A DNA stretch of 20,000 nucleotides, taken from the NCBI GenBank assembly GCA_049999805.1, contig JBNGIO010004204.1:54333-74332 (forward strand), in the 5' to 3' direction. This stretch comes from Folioceros fuciformis. Lineage: Eukaryota. Positions within the stretch are counted from its first letter, which is position 1. Every line of letters starts with the position of its first letter. Below, in pieces: positions 10,693-20,000 of the stretch. Below the pieces are notes generated by a model. It had not been told where the DNA came from. It did no database searches and was given only the letters and a program-made list of their open reading frames with translations. The position numbers and the translations under genes are program-made.

Positions 10693-11071
10693 CAGCTCCA
10701 AATAGCATTGAGAAAAAAGTTCACAGAAATGATGTGTTTTCACCAAATCCTTTCCCGAGGACTATACTTCCTTCACAACCATGTGTATAATACCTTATTT
10801 ACTTATGTGATTAATCCACGATTCAAAAACTTTTATAAAACATGAATTTAAGAAAGTATTCTTGCTTGATACTTGATTCTGAATGGTCAACCCTAAAGTG
10901 TCTCACTCTTCTATACTTCTAATCATGACATACAAATAAAAACAATTCAGTGAAAATACTAACCTTATTTACGTCGAAAGACATGTCCCGTAGCCCGTAG
11001 CGTCCCGCTGGAACCTTTTACCACTACTTTATCCTTTCCGCCAGAATCATCGTGCAAGCAACAATTCAGGC

Positions 11072-14000
11072 TTAGATGAGTACAAAAACCAGATCCGCTC
11101 TGTTCAGAATCGTCTCCTTCGGCGGGTTGGTGAAAACGTAGGGGCTGGGAGCACCCAGATTGCCAGTAGCTCGATACAGCCCGAGTGCAAGCATGCCTCG
11201 GTCACACAACAAGTTCAAGAACAGGTCAGAGTACATTCGGTCGGCATACTCGGGGGGAACAGGAATCTGCTCGAGCACTCTTACACGCTCCGAGCTCACG
11301 CCATCTGCGTCCTCCACATATCCACCCTCTACAAGCTGGTCGGCAATGGACCCCGTGTGCTTATTGTAGAAGGAGGATCTCCTGCAGAGCGTCAGTGTCG
11401 CCAACAAGTGAGACCATGAAGGTTAGTCATCTGTGCGTCTGCACAAGTGAACGAGTGGTAGACGAAGTATAAGGGACTCACAGCAAAAAGCCCAGCAAGC
11501 TGGAAGACGCCACTTTCCCTGCCATGTACGGAGGTGTAAAGTGGACAAGGGCATCCCTGTTCCGTCTGTAGTCCTCGTTGGATACCATGGACCGGGGCAT
11601 TACAAATTGTGGCTTAAGATAATAGAAACCTAGGGTGTGTTGCATCTCCACTGTTACGTGCTCGACTTTGCTCTTCATCAACCTCTCAATATTGGCAAGG
11701 ATGATAATGTTGTTCACATCACTGGTGTAAACTGCAAGTCGTTTTCTTTTCATCTGATTATCGTTCTCGTCCGATTCTTTGTCATCGGACATGGACCCTT
11801 GATCAGCCAGCACCACCACCTTCTCTGCAAAACAATGTTCGTATCATTCACCTGTCCTGCGAATATGGTGGAGTACAACAAGCTAGACTCACAAATACTA
11901 ACTGTGGGACTGTACCTGCTTGCAAGACGCCACCTCGCATCAGATCCAGCTCGTGTGTGGGCGAACCCCTTACAAGATACACTTCGTCGAACACCCCTAC
12001 TGATCCCCACTGAGTTGCTGTAGGTTGTCCTGCATACAATATCACTACAGGAGGGTTGGGGAATCCGGGCTTGCGGAGTTCAGCCAAGAAATAGTAAATA
12101 TTGGACGGCCAACTCCGCTGGCAGCAGACCAGAAGATGTGGGCAATCCAAGCTCACAATGGACAAAGTGTGAACTTCCATGTGACTCAAAATTGTATCCT
12201 TGTGCCTCTCCAGAACAGAAGGTCGGGGACGTCCATATTGTGGCAATGGAGGCCAAGCAAGAAGCTCTTCAGTGGCCATTTCCAAGTTTTTCCCCTGGGG
12301 ATAGCGTCCATCCACGTCATTCATGCCTCCTCGGCTGAAGGCCTGTTCCCAATCCTCATCATCACCTGAAATGGCCCTGTCAGGAACACTTGCGTTGGAT
12401 GCCATTCCCTTCTCCAGTTTCCCTTCCTGTATCACATTGTGTATAGCAGAACGCAAATGGGTCTTTAGAGCATGATGCCCCTGAGGGCTCTGGACTCGCA
12501 TTGACCATCGCACTGATCCATTCTCATCACTGCTCATCCATGCCTCTCTAGGTAGATCAGCCACAGAGCCCCGCTCTCTCCACTTCTTACTCACTGAGCT
12601 GAACAGTTCGAGTTCCCTGTCTCGTGCACTACTTTTGCTCCTATTCAGTCGCTGTGGCAGTGGATCTTGTTGGTAATCTTCGTACTTGAAATTCGATATC
12701 ATATAAGCTGTACGTAGGTTCCAACAGATGCAGAGACCCACATCATCAGGTTGAATAAAGTGACCCTTAGGGTGCAGCAAAACCCTCCGGACGGTTCGTC
12801 CAGTTGCCTCCTCAGTGGTGGAAACATCCAAAGCAAACAAGACCACATTGAAAGAAATGAAAACGAACTCTGCCACCTGCAAGTAAGAAACAATCGGCAT
12901 AACACTTAAGCGATTAATTACACGAGAAGTGGGTGGAAGTGGACACAGAAATTCCCTCACAGTTGCAAACCATCCGCACCTCCTCATACAGACGGTTGCT
13001 GAAAGCCACAGGCAGTATGACAGGATAAAACTCGTTGTCATAACTGTGGAAGTACTCTGACATGAAATGCCCATCTGGAAACTTCTTCAGCCTGAGCTCA
13101 GAAGTAAATGCGTTGACAATAAAAGTGTACAGACCTTTGATGAAGCAACTGTAACCAGTCCAGGATGCCAAGCATTACTCGCTGTGTAGGCACATTGCGG
13201 CTAGTAAACCGAAGGGAATGAGAAAGGTAATGTCACATTCTTACTTCCGGGCTAACATTTTGTAATGAAGTTTCGCTGGACAGATGACTTCAATGCCACC
13301 TGTTTGTGTCTCGTCCCACACAGCACTAGCTTGTGTCTCTGGTTCGATGACCTCTAAAATGATTCGCACTTGCCCAGCGCAGAAGCGGTGCACTGCCAGT
13401 GCCCTGACAATTTGGGCTGCATCCTCTTCACCTGGATCCTAACGGAGACATTTCCCGTCAAACAAGTGGCTGCAATGCATATTGCGCATTGCACAAGGGC
13501 ATACACAGAATCTGAAAGTATCACACTTCAAACTTATAGTCAATTGAGTGAAATTAATGGGAAGAGGCACCATACTTCAGTTTGCCGATCTGCCAACAGG
13601 AAGAAAGCAGCTGCCTTACTCGCCCTGACACGCTCAAGGTCGGACTCGATTACTGGAGAACCTTCAATGAATGTCACGAGGCCATGGTACAGTGATAAAA
13701 TCTGCTTGAAATCGAATCTGCAACAGACAAAACATTGCATAGTTGAAAATGCAAGCAAACAGCAGCCGCTAGGTAATAAACCCAAGCTCGAACTGTCTCA
13801 CTGCATATGGTACCAAAGCAAAGATACTTACGAAGGGCTAAACGGCGCCAAGATAACAACTCGGATGGGATATGAATCCAGGTCTGACACACATCATATT
13901 AACTGATGCGTCATCCTCCAAGCCAGTGTATGTGACCGTCACAGATCGATAAAAAGTGGCAGGATGGTTAGACATACCCTCAGAATGTGTGCAGTTGTAG

Positions 14001-16116
14001 ATCTCTGCCAGAAACTCCTCAATAACCCTAAAGGATATGCTCCCACTTATTATCAGGAATTGAGAGTCCAGCAAGCCGCCAAATGCACCACCAAAGGGTC
14101 TACATAAAGGCAAAAGGAGGTAGGTTACAAGGCAATCCTCAGTTCGAATGAGAACACATGCAAAATTATGAATTGAAAAAAATTGAAATTCAACCTCCTT
14201 GATGCTAGAGATGTGATCTTCCCAATTTGAATAGGGAGGATGACAAGCGCCACTAAGATAGTCATCACGGCAATACATTGACCAATTTGTGTTTTGGGTG
14301 TGACATCTCCATAGCCAACAGTTGAAATCTGTCCATGAAAGTCATTCTCCACTGATTACTGCATGACATAGAGCCACAATTATACTTCAGGGAAACATAC
14401 TTACACAGAGAAAACAAATCGAAAGATGTTTTGCAACCTGAGAACGAAGTTGATTCAAAAAATTGCAACATACAAATTAACAAGAAGTCCACCTAAATAC
14501 AATGCACTCACTGTGACAATGAGAAAGTAGAAAGCATCCCAGAAGTCCATACATCCTCTAGGTGGGCATTCGTTTTTGCGTCCATTATATTCAACCCATT
14601 GCAGAAGACCAGCATCCAAAAATACTGCACGAAGAATCGAATATCAACTAGACGCAACAGCAAAGAAAGAATCGAAATGCTTTCACATTATCTAGTTAAG
14701 AAGATATACAATTAAAGCACCAGCTGATCAACCACATTTTCAAAATAAAACTGAAATAGTCACTACTTACTCACTCCAAACGTAGAAACCGTCAAAAGAG
14801 TAATTTGCTGAGCCACTGAGCTTCCAACTATACCAAGATTGGCTACCAATGAGAAAATTCTGCAGACACATTATCGTGTAATTGATGAAATACTACGTCC
14901 AGCGAAGTCCTAAATAATATGAAACGTACACTGAAAACATACCTCACAATACGGAGAAATTGCAACAACCGGATGACACTACCACCCTCATTCAACTGCA
15001 GCTGGTCCCTAGCAAAACAGGTCGAAGGCTCAGCGTTTGTTCCTACTCAATCCACGCTGATACGTGCCTTCAAACTTGAAGTTTCAAGCGGTACCTAATA
15101 ACAAATATAACTGGTAGTGCACTCAGTAAGTCGATAAGGCCCTTCGTTGACACAATGTAGGTTAATCGTACTGGCTCACTGCAACACATTTCGGTTGACA
15201 TGATCAGAGGCACAAGATCTCTGCTCAAGTTTCCTGCTAGATGTTAAAGCCAAACAGCACACATTCCTGCACCACGCGCACCTGTAAACTCGAAGAACGT
15301 AGTCTCCAACAAATGCGACACTTGCAAAGCTTTGGCAAGTTGTCACCCACTTTATCCTCACATTCGGATTGTACCTACGAAGAGCCGATGCGTTTGCAAT
15401 CAGTGACCTGGCACACCCGCGTGCTTGTCGTCTGTCCATGGACCCTAGGAACCACACATCTGAACGAAGGAAAGAAGTGCTCGAGCAGACGTACGTGGAG
15501 TACACATACAGAACACCTGACAGCACAGCGAGAATAAATTCCACCTGCAGCCACAAAATAGGAAGTCATCAAGCCAACGACTCCAACGGCTGCAAAACTG
15601 CATCAAGGAATACCATGAACATTGGAAACTCACCATGTGCCAAACGTAGCCGACCACGCCGGTACGCAGCGCTGTTCTCACCCGAACAGTGAGAGGAATT
15701 TTTCCATACAGGAAGGAGTCGTGGTACGTGGACAGGACATGGAAACTGGCATCAATGCGCTTCAGCTTGAGCGTAGTGGCGAGCGCGAAGACGGAGCAGG
15801 CCAGATTCTTCACGGAGCCCAGCAGTCCAACTACGTACGGCTGCTCCCTTGCATTCTGAACTGAGAGCCCCATTTCCGACTTAGCGGAGGACTCCGCCTC
15901 GCTGGGATCCATACTCCGATTCCGAAAGACGCTCCTGTACAAATGAGGCTCAGGCAATCCTCCTCTCCGACTTCCGAGACATGGAGGAGACGCGGTTCAC
16001 GGCAGGCTGAACGCAAACTTGCTCACCTCCAGCGCTCACCAGCAGGCAGAGCTCTCTCCAGCTGTCCTGGGGATCAGGGGCGCATCTTCGTACTCATCGG
16101 CTCCGGTGGGGTCCAT
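11072..16116 (-). CDS. BK: BK/Slo-family (large-conductance, RCK-domain) potassium channel alpha subunit, ~1099 aa, 17 exons
   Basis: Exons: 16116-16040, 15934-15634, 15544-15495, 15374-15282, 15178-15095, 15008-14943, 14859-14771, 14624-14512, 14328-14195, 14099-13978, 13883-13832, 13717-13576, 13438-13245, 13148-12980, 12876-11916, 11824-11482, 11381-11072. These sum to 3300 nt and every junction phase is consistent. Motifs: S4 IRLLQFLRIVRIF; pore FWDAFYFLIVTISTVGYGDVTPKT; RCK1 FIEGSPVIESDLERV..AAAFFLLAD..DPGEEDAAQIVRALAV and KMLARNCFIKGLYTFIVN; RCK2 VRGSPTHELDLMRGGVLQAEKVVVLA and PPYMAG; Slo-like C-terminus LALGLYR..YVFTNPPKETILNRADLVFVL. Exon 1 is less certain than the rest. Confidence 0.93.
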
Positions 16117-16794
16117 CCACTGGCAGATGGGATCAAGGAGGCCCTCGCTGTGCACGGCTTTCGTCACCACCAGTCAGCCGCGAGCGCGTGTTCTGAACAC
16201 ATCCTGGCGAGGACGAGCTTGCACTCCCAGGTGCCCAGGCAGGTACAGGGTGAGAGGGGGCCTGACACAAGGACGCCATTCCCCCCAGGGCACGTGGAAC
16301 GGACGGCACCTGGCGCTTCCCGTGCTGCGCGTAACTGCGATGGGAAGGACGAGCAAGAAGGAGGAAGAACGCTACGCGAAACGTAGAACGCAAAACGGCC
16401 AGGGTGAAAGAGAAGAAAGGGAAAAAGGACGTAAGATACGGAAGAGATATCGACTCCATGCGAGAGTGTGGCAGAAGAAATACAGCCGGGTTGCCGGATT
16501 TTACAGACCAAACAACGCGTGGTCTCCAAATACCTTACAATGTGATGGGCAGCGCGCTCTTGAGAGCGCACTTCAGAATCACGGAAGAATGAACGGCAAT
16601 AATCTAACTAACACACAACGAACCGCTCCTCTCCGGCTCATCCAGGGGCCAGAGGAGGAGCAAAAATACTGGTCCTGGACAGGAGGATAATGCAGCAGAA
16701 CAACGAGGCCACCAGAGGGAAAATTGGGTCTGGGAAGTGCCTGTTTGGTGGGTGCAGGCTTCCAGGGCGGGAGAGCGGCAGGCGCTCGCAGAAG

Positions 16795-19700
16795 CTATCT
16801 GCCCTCGTGCAAATCCTCGGAGATGACCGTCGTCCTGGAAAGATTGTCGTGCTCTGGGCCTGCAAGGCCAGAATAGGGTCCAGAGGAGAAGATGGAGGAG
16901 GAAGCATCGGACTCGAATACTTGGGAACCCTTGCCAAAGTTCCAGTTGGGGACGAAGGCCCTGTTGGAGACGCTGGCCGACGACTCAGACGGGCCATCTC
17001 CTTCCCCGCTGAGACCAGAGTCGGAGGCAACGTGCTGGACGATTTTTAGTGATTGAACTACTTCTCCCATTGTGGGCCTCTGGCTTGCCTCCGGGGCCAC
17101 ACAGGCTGCTGCAATAGCTGCGACCTTCTCGAAATCCTCTTTCGGATACACCCCTTCCAGCTTGGGGTCGGCCAGCTCTACATATCTATCTGAGTCTTTG
17201 AGAAATGGACGGGCCTGCCAAGTTGCCAAACCACACACAAACAGCATGAATACTGGGTTGCTTCCACGGGACAGGAGTAAGCAAACTCGAAGGGATTGGC
17301 TGGGGTTTAGCCACTCACCCAAGTAACAAGATTCTCTTGTCCGGCAGGCTGTGACATGTCCACTGGCTTCCTGCCGGACAGAAGCTCAAGCAACACCACA
17401 CCGTAACTGTACACATCGCTCTTCACCAGTAGATGGCCAGTCATTGCATATTCAGGGGCCACATATCTGCAACACCACAAAGGCTTAGCTAAAGAGAGTA
17501 TGACATGGTACCATCCCCAGATTCTGCAGACAACAAATGCAGCTTCCCGATATGCTGCGAACAAGAGACGCCTTCCTTACCCGAAGGTGCCCATGACCCG
17601 AGTGGACACGTAATTGCTCTGCCCCTCGGGTGCTTGCTTTGCCAAACCAAAATCGGCCACCTTCGGATTAAAATTATTTTCCAGGAGGATGTTCGATCCC
17701 TTGAAGTCCCGGTGAATAACACAAGGCTGGCAGTCTTCATGGAGATAAGCTAATCCTCGGGCAGCTCCTATTGCAACCTTCATCCTTTTTTCCCAATCCA
17801 ACGGACCCAGACTCTCCCCCAATGGGCCTGTGTTACATACAATAAGCATTCGTCAGTTATGAGCTAGGATTTTGCTTGTGTAGTACGATTCATGACAGGA
17901 AACAAATTCATGTCTTACCGTGAAGCCAGTTCTCAAGACTTCCGTTGGGAACTAGCTCGTAGCATAGGAGCTGCTGCATAGAGTCGCGGCTGATGAAGTA
18001 GCCCACCAGCTTGACAAGATTACGGTGGTGAAGTCTGCTGAGCATTTCGACTTCGACAAGGAACTCCCGATCGCCCTGGTGCCCACCGCCTGTTAGCTTC
18101 TTGATTGCCACTGCTGTGCCATCTCTCAGAATGCCTTTGTACACCCGACCAAAACCACCCTCCCCGAGCACACTTGCAAGCTCGAAGTTGTTGGTTGCCT
18201 CTCTCAGCTCGTCATAGCTAAAAACCCTTGTTCTCGACGGTTGTGGAAGAGACCCATCCCCGGAGACCATCTCCCTCGCACTTGACGTGAAAGATGGAAG
18301 AACTGGTCATGCACACAAAGCGAGAAATGCACCACAACATTAGTCTCTCTAAACTCCCACACCTTCCTGCACTTGATAAACAAGAAAAAACATACTTTTG
18401 CTGGTGTTGTCATCCACTGACTCCCTGGCCTTACGCCTGAGACATCTCGAGGTCACGAACGACAGAATAAAGAGAACAAGCAAGCCACCAGCTGCAATCG
18501 CAACAATGATCCCAATGCTGTTGTTGGCGGTTTTACTCGAGACCTGTGGTTTTGGCCCTGAAGATCGAACAGAATATTAGAATCGTCTCCAATCCCAAAT
18601 CGAATAGAGAGAGCAGTGGCAGCACTCACCCGTGGTGTACAAATTGGTGAAACTATCCACTTCAACACTTTGAAGGACAGAGACATTCCTCGTCAAGTTG
18701 CGCACAATCGAGCTGAACTGGGCTTCTTCCGCATCCGAGAAGAATCCCTTGTCCAGTGGGTAGATATTTAGAGACACGTTTGCTTTGGACACAACAACAT
18801 TCGAGGTCACCTGCTGTATGGAGGTGGAAGTTGCGGAGTAGTTGACGTAGCCATAAGAAAAAAGCTGGCTAGCGTCCACGGCTAGCTGAGTTGCCAGCTC
18901 TGGCCGCAATCCTTGCGTCCCCCAGGTGTCTGCACTGTAGTCAGAAGACTTTGAAGAATTCGAGAAAGTAAGTGTGAATTCCACACGGATGGGGTAGATG
19001 CATCCACAGGAGCCCGACAATTGCCTGTAGCCCAGGGTGGTGCACCCGCACTTGTCTGCGAGGCAGACAGCGAGATTTGAAGAGTCAGGAGCCGAGCAAT
19101 CCAGTTAGCCAGAAGCACAAGCAGCTGTAGGCGGTACTGGTGGAAACATACCTGTACTGGGAGGCTGGGCAGCCGGTGGTGGGGCTAGCGTGGTCGGAGG
19201 TGGTGGTGGAGGAAGTGTGACTGGAGGGGGCGGAGGATTCTGGACGGGAGGAGGCACAATAGGAGGAATAACAGGCGGTGCAGCCGTTGGAGGAAACGCC
19301 GGGGATGTTGGTGGCAGCTCGGGAGGGGAAGATACCAGAGGCGGTTGTGTGCTGGGAGGCACGGTGAGCGCAGATGGTGACGGAGGGAGTGGGGAAGTGG
19401 GAGGAGTTGCAGGTAATGGCGGAGTTGCTGGTGGAGGGGACACCTCGGAAGGGGGTAAGGCAGGTGGCTGTGCCGAAGGTGGAGATAGTGAAGAGGGAGA
19501 TGAGGGAGGAGGAGCTGGAGGCGGTTGACCAGCTGGTGGGGGTGGGGCGGGTGGACGTGCCGACGGAGGCGGGGAGGAACCTGGAGGAGAGGAAGATGGT
19601 GCTCCATTAGGCGCAGTGGGTACAGAAGGTGGAGGGGCAGTCGGTACAGACGGAGGAGGTGCAGTGGATACAGAGGGCGGAGGTGCAGTGGGTACAGAGG

Positions 19701-20000
19701 GAGGAGGTGCAGTGGGTACAGAGGGAGGCGGTGCAGTGGATACAGATGGACGAGGTGCAGTAGAAGTAGGTGCTGGAGGAGGTGCGTTCTTAGGAGGAGG
19801 TGCGTTCTTAGGAGGAGGTGCGTTCTTAGGAGGAGGTGGAGATGGTGGTGACTGTGAAGAAGGTGGGGAAGCAGGGGGAATTGGTGAAGGACTCCGTGGA
19901 GGAGGAGTCGCTGTAGGTGGAGGAGTAATGGGTGGTGAAGAAGAAGGTGGACTTGGAAGCTGGGTAGTCGGTGGAGTTACTGGTGCAGAAGGAGGGGGGC
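16795..20000 (-). CDS. Proline-rich (extensin-like) receptor-like Ser/Thr kinase, ALE2/At4g02010-like; 5' end lies beyond the window
   Basis: Exons in transcript order, all GT-AG and phase-consistent: >20000-19152, 19055-18630, 18557-18396, 18302-17919, 17827-17581, 17466-17319, 17214-16795. Domains: Pro-rich ectodomain; Cys motif CGC..CGCIYP; TM helix [21 protein letters not shown] followed by RCLRRK. Kinase motifs: [46 protein letters not shown]. The C-terminus [16 protein letters not shown] matches, from memory, the Arabidopsis At4g02010 type. Confidence 0.95.
19610..19761 (-). repeat. Coding tandem repeat, 6 x 24 bp plus a partial unit, encoding (PPSVPTAP)n in the RLK ectodomain
   Basis: Plus-strand units with consensus ggtgcagtgggtacagagggagga, read directly from the sequence. 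Confidence 0.9.
19775..19838 (-). repeat. Perfect coding tandem repeat, 3 x 18 bp plus a partial unit, encoding (PPPKNA)3
   Basis: ggaggaggtgcgttctta occurs three times identically at 19775-19828. Confidence 0.95.

Noticed and set aside
13370..13906. 178-aa plus-strand ORF, and similar plus-strand ORFs across 11160-17753
   Set aside because: They overlap well-supported minus-strand BK or RLK exons and have no domain features.
19190..19851. Plus-strand Gly-rich and Arg/Cys-rich (RRCSGYRG)n ORFs resembling a glycine-rich protein or protamine
   Set aside because: These are antisense shadows of the Pro-rich RLK exon; CCN codons read as GGN/AGG on the other strand.

Overview
Eukaryotic, intron-containing plant genomic DNA, most likely a non-angiosperm land plant (bryophyte/lycophyte-like; inferred from a BK-type channel and compact genes with introns mostly 70-200 nt). 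Four genes lie head-to-tail on the minus strand, spliced by hand from GT-AG sites and codon-phase checks. (1) A 5'-truncated Pro-rich (extensin-like) receptor-like kinase of the ALE2/At4g02010 group, 16795->20000. (2) A complete 17-exon BK/Slo-type K+ channel of ~1099 aa, 11072-16116. It has a TVGYGD filter and two RCK domains, no recognisable Ca2+ bowl, and an N-terminal acidic-dileucine motif whose inclusion depends on which of two twin splice donors is used. (3) An intronless DUF1218 membrane protein, 8832-9458, with an RY-motif cluster upstream. (4) An unusually long (~850 aa or more) JAGGED-like single QALGGH C2H2 zinc-finger protein, ~3847-7736, with unresolved ends. Bases 1-3000 hold an orphan acidic ~19-aa repeat ORF and probably degenerate repeat or TE-derived DNA. 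No rRNA, tRNA, CRISPR array or intact transposon was seen. I see no evidence for a wholly new multi-gene system; the best leads concern the BK channel and the long JAG-like protein.
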